A stretch of DNA of 63,161 nt, filler included, from Octopus bimaculoides (GCF_001194135.2; 3 parts of 3 records of this genome joined end to end with filler, not necessarily neighbours in it), one strand, 5' to 3'; positions 12,882 to 25,940 are shown, counted from the first letter of the whole stretch. The notes: generated from the sequence alone by a model not told the origin. Translations and numbers: made by a program.

Positions 12882-14486
12882 AATGAAGCAAATCAAATCA
12901 AAACAATAAAAAACTGAATCCGAGGAACCTAAGTAAAAAAAAGAATATGTTGCGAAGAAGCGGGAAGACTTGATTGTTCAGTCACGGTCCTTATAGTGTC
13001 TAGTAAGAGTGAGGGATTTGCCTGAAATCATACCCTCACTGTTGAAGTAACTTATTCTTAGTTTGTGAACTGTAGTGTATTCAAAGGCTCAGTAAATATT
13101 GTTGAAATCGAATTAGTAAGGAGTAGTTTCATTGGTGTGTGAAGGGCTCCGTAATTTTGTCTTTCCTACGAGAAACTAGCGTATTTTCAATTTGTGAATT
13201 GTTTGTGTTTCAAATGCCTGATCTTGTTGAAATCAAATTATCGGGCTGAGAGCAATTTCATTACCTCTCCGCATCTACAGCCGTTGATGTGATGAGAGCA
13301 CTGCATAACTGACGAGTGTTTTATTCGCTTGACTTTCATTAATCCATTGTAATTTTATTTGTTCCACGAAAACAAGCTCTAAATAAATAAATAAACAAAA
13401 GATAAAAATAGCAAAACAAAAAAAAAGGAACAGGAAACAAATAAACAATTTAGATGTGATCCGTTTGAATTCTTCGACCACAGGTGTTCTTCTTTTGATG
13501 TCTTAGAATCGTAATTAAACTTGTAACCTTGTAATCGCTCTTATTTCCAACTTCCATTCTATCATCGTCGTCGTCGTCTTCCTCCTCCTCCTCCTCCCCC
13601 TCGTCATCCACCTCTTCCTGCCCCTCCTCCCCTTCCTCTCTCCTCTAGTTCCTTTTCCATCTCTCTCTATCTGTCTTCTATTATCCTCTCTCTCGTTTTC
13701 TTTCCCTTTTCTTCTGTATATTCTTTCTGTCTTTTTCTACCGTCTTTCTCTTTCTTGCCTTCATTTTTGCTTTTCTTCTTTTAATATTTCTTTTTCTTTT
13801 GTTTTTTTTTTATGTATTTTCGTCCTTGACTCGCCCTTTTTTATCCCGTTTTCTCTTCCCCATCAACATTTGTTCATTCACGCTTTCCTTGTTTGTTTGT
13901 TTGTTTGTTTGTTTGTTTGTTTGTTTGCTTGCTTGTCGAAAGAACAAGAAAGAAAAAAAAACAAGGAAGAAAAATCAAGAAAGAAGAAAGAAAAATTCAA
14001 AGCAGAGAAAGACAGGCAAAAAGGAAGAGAGAAAGAAAGTAGAAATGAAGTATATATACAGAAAGACGGCAAGAAAGGGAGAAATAGAAATGAAGAGAGG
14101 AAGAAAGGAAGGGAGATAATCAAGTTGAAAGCAGCAAACCTAATCTAGTTTAGATGACTGATCTTCAGGATTACTGAGAGTATTTTTACGTTTCACAGAA
14201 TATCTAATGAAGCAGAGAAACTCGGATTAACATAAATTCAATGACCTTAGTTTCTGCATGGTAGTATCAGTTCTACTTTAGTGCACTTTTCATGCTGGAA
14301 TCCTATTTCCCCACCAAACTCCGTCATTCAGTATAGACAGTGAGTCTATACAAGAGAGCTTAACAAATTACCAATTTTGATCTGCAATAACAACTATAAT
14401 AATAATAATCATGTAAGAAAAGACGGGATGAAAAGGGATTTCCTTAAAAACAACAGTATTCCCTTCTTTCTCATTATCATCTCCGT

Positions 14487-15283
14487 CCTTCTTCTTCTTC
14501 TTCTTCTTCTTCTTCTTCTTCTTCTTCTTCTTCTTCTTCTTCTTCTTCCTCCTCCTCCTCCTCTTCTTCTTCCTCCTCCTCCTCCTCTTCTTCTTCCTCT
14601 TCTTCTTCCTCTTCTTCTTCTTCTTCNNNNNNNNNNNNNNNNNNNNNNNNNNNNNNNNNNNNNNNNNNNNNNNNNNNNNNNNNNNNNNNNNNNNNNNNNN
14701 NNNNNNNNNNNNNNNNNNNNNNNNNNNNNNNNNNNNNNNNNNNNNNNNNNNNNNNNNNNNNNNNNNNNNNNNNNNNNNNNNNNNNNNNNNNNNNNNNNNN
14801 NNNNNNNNNNNNNNNNNNNNNNNNNNNNNNNNNNNNNNNNNNNNNNNNNNNNNNNNNNNNNNNNNNNNNNNNNNNNNNNNNNNNNNNNNNNNNNNNNNNN
14901 NNNNNNNNNNNNNNNNNNNNNNNNNNNNNNNNNNNNNNNNNNNNNNNNNNNNNNNNNNNNNNNNNNNNNNNNNNNNNNNNNNNNNNNNNNNNNNNNNNNN
15001 NNNNNNNNNNNNNNNNNNNNNNNNNNNNNNNNNNNNNNNNNNNNNNNNNNNNNNNNNNNNNNNNNNNNNNNNNNNNNNNNNNNNNNNNNNNNNNNNNNNN
15101 NNNNNNNNNNNNNNNNNNNNNNNNNNNNNNNNNNNNNNNNNNNNNNNNNNNNNNNNNNNNNNNNNNNNNNNNNNNNNNNNNNNNNNNNNNNNNNNNNNNN
15201 NNNNNNNNNNNNNNNNNNNNNNNNNNNNNNNCTTCTTCTTCTTCTTCTTCTTCTTCTTCTTCTTCTTCTTCTTCTTCTTCTTC
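14487..15283. repeat. (CTT/CCT)n microsatellite spanning an assembly gap
   Basis: Trinucleotide runs on both sides of the N-run; source of the 420-aa and 292-aa pseudo-ORFs. Confidence 0.95.
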
Positions 15284-15658
15284 CTGTGAAAATGAATGAT
15301 ACAAGCGCTTGTTGCTGCTGTTGTGTTGTTTGTTGTAGTTGTTGTTGTTGCTCACGAAGTCCGAGTACCTACGGGGTCATAGATATTAATTGGATGATCA
15401 TACTCTCTTGTATGGCTGTATCAGGCTTACTCTCTACTTTTCTATGCTACTCAGAGTTTCTCACAATGTACTTTCCTTCAAGTTTTGTCTTCTTGAAGGA
15501 TTTTCCATTTCAAAAAATCTTTGAGTTGCCGTCTTCAAACGTCCGTTCTGTGAAGCATTTTATCATTCTACAGCTGGAATCTTTGTTCGTTATCAACTTT
15601 GTTGGTCCTCAATTTCCTGTTGTGTCTTTCCGCCAATAACATTAATGTTATCAGTGTT

Positions 15659-15875
15659 AAAGGCAGCGAGCTGGCAGAATCGTTAGCACGCCGGGCAAAA
15701 TGTTTAGTAGCATTTCGTCCGTCTTTATGTTCTGTGTTCAAATTTTGCCGAGGTCGACTTTGCCTTTTCATCGCCTCGGGGACGATAAAATAAGTATTAT
15801 TTAAGCATTGGGGTTGATGTAATCGATTTACCTACTTCTTCGAAATTGTGGCTTGATGCTAAAATTTGAAACCAA
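15659..15875 (+). mobile_element. SINE family A
   Basis: AAGGCAGCGAGCTGGCAGAATCGTTAGCACGCCGGGC consensus match. Confidence 0.85.
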
Positions 15876-16337
15876 TGTTGTTGCTGTTATGGCAGAAATT
15901 ACATCGTCCTTTTTTAATGTGCAGAAGCCTCCATATTATAAATCATGATATGGCTTGTTGTTCAGTAGGACAGCAGTGGGCAGCACTGAAACAAATCGAT
16001 TGGGGAAAGTATCAAGTGAATCGAATACAGATCAGTTTCAGTATAGAAAGTTCATCAGTCTTTATAACTGGATTGAAGACACGAATTGCGGTGTTGTATT
16101 TAATACCCTAACTACACAGCCAACTGAGATATAGTACTGGAATTTGCTCCCCAAGAAAAGAGACAAGACAGTGACTTCTGCTCTTCCGATGAGAAAAAAA
16201 GGATCATAAGAGGATTTCAAGAAAGCAGCCCAGAAACATTAAACTTGGTTCACTGAGAATATTGAATCGAACCTCGATTCAGCAAAAATCTCACGTGATG
16301 AGGCGTGAAAGGAATCATTAGAAGTACACATTAAGTA

Positions 16338-16656
16338 TATAACTGGCACTCCGTTGGTTACGACGACGAGGGTTCCAGTTGACCCGATCAACAGAACAGC
16401 ATACTCATGAAGTTAACGTGCAAGTGGTTGAGCGCTCCACAGACACGCGTGCCTTTAACGTAGTTCTCTTGGAGAATCAGCGTGACACAGAATGTGACAA
16501 GGCTGGCCCTTTGAGGTACTCCTCATTTTTGCTAGCTGACTGAACTGGAACAACGGGAAACAGTGTCTTGCTTAATGACACAACGCGTCGCCGGGAATTG
16601 AACTCACGACCTTACGATCGCAAGCCGAACACTCCAACCATTAGGCTACGCGCCTT
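16338..16656 (-). mobile_element. SINE family C (long form)
   Basis: tRNA-like head on the minus strand; body homologous to 52257-52563. Confidence 0.75.
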
Positions 16657-16719
16657 CACTAGACATTTAGCACATAACGGCAAAACTTGATGTTATTCAA
16701 AATAAGAATATGCATTCTA

Positions 16720-17245
16720 TAGGCGCAGGAGTGGTTGGGTGGCAAGTAGCTTGCTTACTAAGCACATGGTTCCGGGTTTAGTCCCACTGCGTGGAACCTT
16801 GGACAAGTGTCTTCTACTATAGCCTTGGGCCGACCAGAACCATGTGAGTGGGATTTGGTAGACGGAAACTGAAAGAAGCTCGTCGTATGTATGTATATAT
16901 ATATNNNNNNNNNNNNNNNNNNNNNNNNNNNNNNNNNNNNNNNNNNNNNNNNNNNNNNNNNNNNNNNNNNNNNNNNNNNNNNNNNNNNNNNNNNNNNNNN
17001 NNNNNNNNNNNNNNNNNNNNNTATATATATAAGTGTGTGTGTGTGTGTCTGTGTTTGTACCCCAACGTCACTTGATAACCAATGCTGGTGTGCTTACGTC
17101 CCCGTAAATTTGCGGTTCGGCAAAAGAGCCCGATAGAATAAGTACTAGGCTTCCCAAGAATAAGTCCTGAGGTCGATATGCTCAACTAAAGGCGATGCTC
17201 CAGCATGGTCGCAGTCAAATGATTGAAACAAGTAAAAAAATAAAA
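16720..17245 (+). mobile_element. SINE family B with (TA)/(GT) expansion and gap
   Basis: Full head and tail of the family B consensus. Confidence 0.85.
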
Positions 17246-17599
17246 GAATACTGCACTCTGGAAAGGTTTGAGGGGGTCTTAATCACAAGAGATCTTCTCC
17301 AATGATCGACATTAAAAGGGAAACCACTGACCAACATCACAGACGGATTACGTGGTCCAGTGTGTCTTTCTGTCCACAAGACGGAAGTGAGCAATCTGAT
17401 AGAGTTTTAGCAGCTATTTCTGCCAGTTCGAACGATTATGTAAGAAACCTTTTTATAGTGTTCAAACGAAACACGAGAACATGACATCATAACGTACTCC
17501 AGCAGGACTATCGTGTTCCAAGAATCTTTTCATACGTTAACCTTCGATGAACGCAGGAGAAACATGTGCAAGGGATGTAATTAGAGAGGGCCTCTTACG

Positions 17600-17800
17600 T
17601 TCTGGAAAGTAGTGATCTGGGTGGGATCTTAGGAAGAGGATAATGAGGGGAGGAGGATGAGTGACAAGTGAATCAGGAGTCTTTATGTGAATATTACTCA
17701 AGATTAGAAAAATTCGGAAGAGCAGAGGGGGCCATTGTAGTAGAGTTTGGAAGTATCTACAAGAGATGGAACGTCTGTAGGTTTCAGAATGGAGCATGTC
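17600..17800 (-). mobile_element. Possible CR1/Crack-type LINE 3' relic
   Basis: Translation fragment KLYYNGPLCSSE resembles the FYRYYNG.CSSEL C-terminal motif; short and decayed. Confidence 0.35.
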
Positions 17801-17949
17801 AGCCTATATGTATAGATTTATTTATATTTAGTAGAAGTAACAGAGTGACTCAAGTGCATTGGCACTATTTTGGTAAGTACCAACACACGAAACTTTTGGA
17901 CTTTGAGTTTACTCTGTTACTTCTGGTAAATATATATATATATATACAC

Positions 17950-17997
<48 letters not shown>

Positions 17998-19149
17998 TTA
18001 CTTATTTATATATTGAGAATCGATTATCTGATGCGTGTTGACAGTTTCGTGACATAAAATAATACGTCACTCGCCACCCATTCTGTTTTCGGGTAAAATA
18101 TAAAGTCAGTTTATAAGCACATGTGTACGTANNNNNNNNNNNNNNNNNNNNNNNNNNNNNNNNNNNNNNNNNNNNNNNNNNNNNNNNNNNNNNNNNNNNN
18201 NNNNNNNNNNNNNNNNNNNNNNNNNNNNNNNNNNNNNNNNNNNNNNNNNNNNNNNNNNNNNNNNNNNNNNNNNNNNNNNNNNNNNNNNNNNNNNNNNNNN
18301 NNNNNNNNNNNNNNNNNNNNNNNNNNNNNNNNNNNNNNNNNNNNNNNNNNNNNNNNNNNNNNNNNNNNNNNNNNNNNNNNNNNNNNNNNNNNNNNNNNNN
18401 NNNNNNNNNNNNNNNNNNNNNNNNNNNNNNNNNNNNNNNNNNNNNNNNNNNNNNNNNNNNNNNNNNNNNNNNNNNNNNNNNNNNNNNNNNNNNNNNNNNN
18501 NNNNNNNNNNNNNNNNNNNNNNNNNNNNNNNNNNNNNNNNNNNNNNNNNNNNNNNNNNNNNNNNNNNNNNNNNNNNNNNNNNNNNNNNNNNNNNNNNNNN
18601 NNNNNNNNNNNNNNNNNNNNNNNNNNNNNNNNNNNNNNNNNNNNNNNNNNNNNNNNNNNNNNNNNNNNNNNNNNNNNNNNNNNNNNNNNNNNNNNNNNNN
18701 NNNNNNNNNNNNNNNNNNNNNNNNNNNNNNNNNNNNNNNNNNNNNNNNNNNNNNNNNNNNNNNNNNNNNNNNNNNNNNNNNNNNNNNNNNNNNNNNNNNN
18801 NNNNNNNNNNNNNNNNNNNNNNNNNNNNNNNNNNNNNNNNNNNNNNNNNNNNNNNNNNNNNNNNNNNNNNNNNNNNNNNNNNNNNNNNNNNNNNNNNNNN
18901 NNNNNNNNNNNNNNNNNNNNNNNNNNNNNNNNNNNNNNNNNNNNNNNNNNNNNNNNNNNNNNNNNNNNNNNNNNNNNNNNNNNNNNNNNNNNNNNNNNNN
19001 NNNNNNNNNNNNNNNNNNNNNNNNNNNNNNNNNNNNNNNNNNNNNNNNNNNNATATATGAAATGCGATGGAACGGCGCGTGTGTTAAATAATATGTGGTA
19101 TTCTGGAGATATTAGGGAATTTAGTTAAATAACAATAGATCTGAGCACA

Positions 19150-20035
19150 CGAATCAGAGATAATGTATGAAAAGAGGGGAAGTCTAGTCTGGCAGATGCA
19201 GACTGTAAAAGACCAAAACTTCACTATGAGGAACAAACAAATACATGTAGGAAAATTAAAAGTATATGTCAAGAAGACCTTTAGAAAACTTTTCTAAATG
19301 TGGATGCGATATATCTCGAGGGCTTATATATCACAAACCTCGTGATCTTGGTATCACTGGATAACTGCGAGAGTGGTTGCATGACTTTCTAAAAGATAGA
19401 AATCAGACAGTTCCAGCCAATGGTGATCTCTCCGGGGAGACAACAATCCGCAGCTAAGTTTCTCGGGGAACTCTCCTGGGACCACTACTGTTGGCAGTGG
19501 ATCTCTCAGACATGCCCTCGTCTATACAGACAGCCCTCAACTATACAATGATCTATCCTGATGACACAAAAGCATTACAGGTGGTCAAAGACCCCGATAA
19601 CATACTAAAAGTGCAAAACGATCTGCATGCAGCATACAAATGGGCTGATGAAAATAACATGCAGTTCAATGCTGAGAAGTTTCAAGCACTCCACTATTGG
19701 CCTACAAACAAACTGCAGTCGGAATACGCAAGACCAGGGGATAGTGCAATCTCTGAGTCAGAGTCGGTGCGTGACCTGGGAATCCACATGAGTAATGATG
19801 CAACATTCCATGTATATTTTACCAAGATGGCAGCACTGTGCAGGCGAGTAGCTGGATGTATTTTGAAATTCAGAACCAGAAAAAAGAGTACCATGCTACT
19901 CTTACGGAGAACTTTTGTTTTCCGTCGCCTGAATTACTGCACCCAACTGTGGTCGCCGCAGAGCGTCGAACTGGTGGCGGACTTGAAGCAATCCAAGCGC
20001 CACTACAAAAAGAAGATTGACTCCGTAACATTGCA
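19150..20035 (+). mobile_element. CR1-group LINE reverse-transcriptase fragment (decayed)
   Basis: KLRDLGITG..WLHDFLKDRNQTV..GTLLGPLL..DMP..YPDDTK (YADD equivalent)..YKWADENNMQFNAEKFQ..RDLGI..LNYCTQLWSP; homologous to 54670-55650. Confidence 0.88.
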
Positions 20036-21894
20036 CCCTCCTTGATATATTCGAAAATGATTTTTACTGAAAACATTTTTCACAGATTACTTGAAAATTT
20101 TCAAAGTAAATCGTGTTGGAACCAGTTGAAGAAGACTTAGCTCTTGTAACGGTTAACATTTTGTGAAAGTTACCAAGGTAAAATAAAGTCAACCGCTGGC
20201 CTATTGTTAATATACGGGTTTCATTGTAAATGCCGCGAATTCTGAACATTAGAAACAATGATATTTATTTCTAAAATTATTACATTATAACGCTTTCAAA
20301 AAACTAAGTTAAATCTAACCAATTATTAGACTAGTAATTATTTAATCGACACAATGTTGGAAGGTAAACATCAAAGTCCTTTTAGGAGTCAGAATGTAGA
20401 GGTTCGAACAATTTGAATATCAGAATTGTCTCCCTTGTGTTTCTGGTCAAGAATAATCATTAACGCTTATGACTATCCATCTCATTATGGCTATAATATT
20501 AATTTATAACACTTCTTTTGATCACAACATTAATATGTTAGCCCCACAACTTAACTGAAAGTTTACTATTCTGTCCGACACTCAAACTATTTCTTCAATT
20601 CTACTGTTGTATTAACTCCCTCTCTCTCAATAAGTATATATAATAGCTCTCTCAGTTTCTCCTTCTTCCTCACTCTCATCTTTATCTCTTTCCAAATAGT
20701 TTGAAATAATTTTCATGTTCAGTCCCTGAGGAACAATTCAACGATAAGCTCTATATTAACGAAATGCTAACACGTGCGTATGTGTACGTGTACATGCGTA
20801 CGTATATGTGTATCTCCTTATACACACACGAACACGCATACACGCACATGCATTCATACATACACTCATGCACATATACATACATATGTATTATATATAT
20901 ATATATATATATATATATNNNNNNNNNNNNNNNNNNNNNNNNNNNNNNNNNNNNNNNNNNNNNNNNNNNNNNNNNNNNNNNNNNNNNNNNNNNNNNNNNN
21001 NNNNNNNNNNNNNNNNNNNNNNNNNNNNNNNNNNNNNNNNNNNNNNNNNNNNNNNNNNNNNNNNNNNNNNNNNNNNNNNNNNNNNNNNNNNNNNNNNNNN
21101 NNNNNNNNNNNNNNNNNNNNNNNNNNNNNNNNNNNNNNNNNNNNNNNNNNNNNNNNNNNNNNNNNNNNNNNNNNNNNNNNNNNNNNNNNNNNNNNNNNNN
21201 NNNNNNNNNNNNNNNNNNNNNNNNNNNNNNNNNNNNNNNNNNNNNNNNNNNNNNNNNNNNNNNNNNNNNNNNNNNNNNNNNNNNNNNNNNNNNNNNNNNN
21301 TATATATATATATATATATATATATATTGATATATATATCAATATATATGTATATATATATACGTATGTATGTATATATATATATGTGTGTGAGAGTGGG
21401 AATTTCCATGATTGGAAGAAGTGCAATAATGAAAGAATCATGGTCTGTTATCGGGTTAAGCATATCAATAAATTATGGCGTGGTATAATTAACTCTTGCT
21501 GTAGACATTACTTATTTGTGATATCACTGCAGAGCAATATCTCTATGGTGAGTGGGTGTAGAAAGTCCAGTCAACATAATGAATAGCAGAATAACAGCCG
21601 AGATACTGCAGGTTCCGATTCTAGCATGGATGCTGTTACGTCGTGGCCATGACAAAAAACATGTAATTCATAAATGCAAAGTTCCCAAAGCTGTTTTACT
21701 ACTATCATTCTTTTTTATCTATTACTTGTTTCATTCGTTGGACTACTTTCATGCTGGGACATCGCCTTGACAGGTTTAGTCAAACAAATCAACCCCATTA
21801 CTTATGTTTTTGCGTTTTTTTTCAAAGCCTGGTACTTATTCTATCGCTCTCTTTTGTCAAACTGTTAGTCTTTTATTTAATGTTTGGGTTTTCT

Positions 21895-22310
21895 TTAATT
21901 CTTTTATTGTTTTACTTGTTTTAGTCATTTGACTGCAGCCATATTGGAGCACCACCTTAAAGGTTTTTTAGTCAAAGAAATCGACCCCAGGACCTTGCAC
22001 GCTTAGTACTTATTCTATTGGGTCTGTTGCCGAGCAGCTAAGTTACGGGGACGTAAACACATCAACATCGGTTGTCAAGCGATGGTGGGGTGGGAGGAGG
22101 GATAAACATAGACACAAAGACACATGCACAAATATATACATATATATGTATATATACGACGGGCTTCTTTCAGTTTCCGTCTATCAAATCCACTCACAAG
22201 GCTTCGGTCAGCCCGAAGCTATAGCAGAAGACACCTGTCCATGGTTCCACGCAGTAGGACTGAACCCGGAACCATGTGGTAGGGAAGCAAGCTTCTTACC
22301 ATACAACCAC
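21895..22310 (-). mobile_element. SINE family B
   Basis: Reverse consensus match. Confidence 0.82.
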
Positions 22311-22442
22311 AAATTTCAACAAGAACACATCGTCTCTCATAGCAGATGTCAAAATAACGGTCAAGATGTTTTGATTCTTACCACAAAAGATGAGCGATGC
22401 GATTTGATAATGGTTCAGGTTTTTTCTTACCCGGAATTGTAA

Positions 22443-22523
<81 letters not shown>

Positions 22524-22842
22524 TATGCTAGTATGCATGTATGCATGTATGTTTGTATGCATTATTACAGTACTGCAAATACAAATAATAAAAAAACTGC
22601 AAAATTCTTAGGATAACAGTTAATTGTAGGTTGACGCTGAAAGAAAGAAAAAAACTTACAGAATAAAAGTTATAGGGGAAAAAATATAAAGTTTCGGAAA
22701 TAATCCTTTGTCAGATGCTTGAGGAAAGTCCAGGAAAAATTTTGGAAAAGAAGAAATAGAAGGAAGGAGAGGAAAAAGAGAATCAGGAAAAAACGCATGC
22801 TGGTTAGTTTGTATGTATATATATAGACATATATGTATATAT

Positions 22843-22970
22843 TTCTGATACAAGAATGTCGTTGATAGGTTGAGAGTAACTTCGAAGTTTCGGCCAGCTA
22901 AGCCATCGTCGGACACGGCCTAGCTGGCCGAAACTTCGAAGTCACTCCCAACAGCATTCTTGTATGAGAA
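22843..22970. repeat. Short palindrome containing hammerhead-like halves (probable PLE terminus)
   Basis: Arms 22870-22900 / 22921-22951 (2 mismatches in 31 bp) plus outer arms; GAAAC-TTCGAA-GTC on +, CCGACGA-stem-GAAAC on -. Confidence 0.7.
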
Positions 22971-23047
22971 TGATAAATTTGTACTCTATAAAAGTATAAC
23001 ATAACCCATCAGATAAAAGTAAAATTGTTTTTATTATAGCTAAACAT

Positions 23048-23113
<66 letters not shown>

Positions 23114-23656
23114 NNNNNNNNNNNNNNNNNNNNNNNNNNNNNNNNNNNNNNNNNNNNNNNNNNNNNNNNNNNNNNNNNNNNNNNNNNNNNNNNNNNNNNN
23201 NNNNNNNNNNNNNNNNNNNNNNNNNNNNNNNNNNNNNNNNNNNNNNNNNNNNNNNNNNNNNNNNNNNNNNNNNNNNNNNNNNNNNNNNNNNNNNNNNNNN
23301 NNNNNNNNNNNNNNNNNNNNNNNNNNNNNNNNNNNNNNNNNNNNNNNNNNNNNNNNNNNNNNNNNNNNNNNNNNNNNNNNNNNNNNNNNNNNNNNNNNNN
23401 NNNNNNNNNNNNNNNNNNNNNNNNNNNNNNNNNNNNNNNNNNNNNNNNNNNNNNNNNNNNNNNNNNNNNNNNNNNNNNNNNNNNNNNNNNNNNNNNATAT
23501 ATATATATATATATATAGTTATGGTATATTCTGTTAAGAACGTAGTACAGTATAAAGCTCGTCCACCTTCATATTTACTCTGTGCTATCCAGTAGTAATA
23601 TTATACGTACTTCCAGGTTGCTTTTGGCCATCTGTCATGTGTGAATAGATAATTGG

Positions 23657-24022
23657 AAAAAATTGGAGTCAACAAGAAGGAGAACGGTTGGACATTTATC
23701 TTTTAATCATTACAATTGTTTCTACGCAACGTAGTTTTCCAGGTGTGCAGGTGCTTGATTAAGCAACCATTTCCCTGCATTAGTAGTGACTACTACTAAA
23801 TTCAGGCCACGACAGAGAGGTTGTTCTGGAAGCCGAGAATTTGAATTTACGGAGACAATATCTACATATCGCCTGAGAAACACAACTAGATCTCATAATG
23901 CAGGGAAACGGTTGCATTATCAAGTACCCTCACGCCTGAAGAACTACGTTGCGTGGAAACAATTGTAGTGATTAAAAAATGAATGGCCAATCGTACTCCT
24001 TCTTGTTAACTCCAATCTTTTT
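23657..24022. mobile_element. Inverted pair of Penelope-like termini with hammerhead-like motifs
   Basis: ~126-bp arms (23657-23782 / 23896-24022, about 85% identical by eye), 113-bp spacer; CTGAAGA...GAAAC-AATT-GTA at 23936-23967. Confidence 0.7.
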
Positions 24023-24025
24023 GAT

Positions 24026-24067
<42 letters not shown>

Positions 24068-25154
24068 ATATGATATGATATGATATAATACACACACAAA
24101 CTCACACGCGAATATACTAGTGAAAATACTTTTAACTTGATGATAGTTATTTATGTCGGTCGAAACATTCGAAATATTCTTAAGCCACGAGTTTGATTTG
24201 GAGAAGCAAAGTCTAGGTAGCAAAACAACTTACTGACTTAAACAGTAGGAAAGTCGAATATTTAACGAGTGGAAGTTATTAGTTTTACTTCTGTGTTTAA
24301 TTCTTGGCATGACTTTTGTTATGTTAGAATCATTGACGATATGCTAGAAAAGAAATAAACGAAACGTAAAGAAACTTTGGGAAAAATAAATGTGGACAGG
24401 ACATGCATGAATAAATCTAAAGAGGCCACTTCATTACTCTTCTCATTTTCAGTATAGTGGCATAAAAAGATTATGTCTATTCATTTAATTCTGAAGAGCA
24501 TTGTACAAAACGATCTTTCTCTTGTTCTCTGATTAATCACACTCTAGCAACAGTCATTTTGTAAAAATCATCACAGAATTGTTCGTGTTTATCAGTTAAA
24601 TACAGTATGCAAATTTATATCCATACAGCCACGTCTTATATCAGCGTTGTTTAATTCATAACTAGTCATTCAATTTAACAACTCCACCACACTCACAACA
24701 TTTCGTAACGTTACCATATTCAATATATTTGCATAATCTTTGATTCTTTGATTGAATATTAATTCAGTTGCATTTTTGGTTTGAAACGAAGCTCTAACAT
24801 ATGTGAAATCGCACGGATCTTCCATTCCATTCCGTCCCATTTCATTCATTCATTCATTCATTCATTCATTCATTCTTCTTCTTCTTCTTCTTCTTCTTCT
24901 TCTTCTTCTTCTTCTTCTTCTTCTTCTTCTTCTTCTTCTTCTTCTTCTTCTTCTTCTTCTTCTTCTTCTTGTCCTCCTCGCTGTCATTTTAATTATACAA
25001 TTGTACCTTCTTATTCTACACTTCCGTTAACAACAAACACACAGCCACCCGTGTGGAATAAANNNNNNNNNNNNNNNNNNNNNNNNNNNNNNNNNNNNNN
25101 NNNNNNNNNNNNNNNNNNNNNNNNNNNNNNNNNNNNNNNNNNNNNNNNNNNNNN

Positions 25155-25186
<32 letters not shown>

Positions 25187-25278
25187 ACACACACAGAGAC
25201 ACACACACAGACACACACACAGACACAGAGACACAGACACAGACACAGACAGACAGACAGACAGACAGACACACACAC

Positions 25279-25670
25279 ACGAGGTGCATTCAAAAAGTAT
25301 CCGACCTTTGGGCATAGAAAAATCTGTACACTTCACAGATTTTATTTATTCACCCTCTAAATACTCCCCTTAAGAGTTCAAAGACTTCAACGACTCTGGA
25401 ACGACTCTGGAACGACTCTGGAACGACTCTAGAACGACTCTGGAACGAAATGATATACAGCTCCATCGTCGCTTTCCTCATAATTTCCTCTCGAGACTCA
25501 AAGCGTTTCCCTTTCAGCTTGGTTTGAAGTTTGGAGAAGAGCCAGAAGTCACATGGTACCAAGTCGAGAGAGTAGGAAGCCTGTGGACAATTGGTGTGTT
25601 GTTCTTGACCAGGAAAGCTTGGATTATGTGGTAGAATGATCGCACATCGTATGCTACATTGTATGCAGCT
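25279..25670 (-). mobile_element. Mariner transposase 3' end with TIR
   Basis: YSLDLVPCDFWLFSKLQTKLKGKRFESREEI (YSPDLAP-DF motif); TIR-like CGAGGTGCATTCAAAAAGTATCCGAC. Confidence 0.85.
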
Positions 25671-25893
25671 CTTAATAAGCCCACCACATGTACGTGAGAC
25701 ATTGATTAGATTAAAAATGTAGCCCACTAAAATTGATGGCCAAATGTCATAGTGAGATGGAGTAAAAAGAATATGATTTAAAAAGAATACGATTCTTAAT
25801 CATATCAAAAAATAGAATACTGCTAAAAATTCCACATTTGCTACTTTCATATCTTCTTTATAATAACTATTACTTAAACATTTTCTCGCACAA

Positions 25894-25940
25894 TCTCTGA
25901 TGATGGGATATATAAAATATCTCGGAAACAGCTGCAAGAC
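25894..25940 (+). ncRNA. Minimal type-I hammerhead ribozyme motif (one core substitution) in a probable PLE terminus
   Basis: TCT-CTGATGA-[TGGGATAT ataaa ATATCTCG]-GAAAC-AGCT-GCA-AGA: stems I, II and III pair; U16.1 is C. Confidence 0.6.

Noticed and set aside
15285-15650. Q-rich minus-strand reading (LREQQQQLQQTTQQQQQAL) in non-repetitive-looking DNA
   Set aside because: Multiple stops in all frames and no recognisable domain; probably a decayed TE or CAA repeat.
21533-21547. Plus-strand 15-nt micro-exon-like segment (cag|AGCAATATCTCTATG|gtgagt)
   Set aside because: Weak pyrimidine tract and isolated; about one such hit per strand is expected by chance in this much AT-rich DNA (rough estimate).
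25389-25447. CRISPR-like array
   Set aside because: Contiguous 11-bp repeats without spacers, in eukaryotic DNA.
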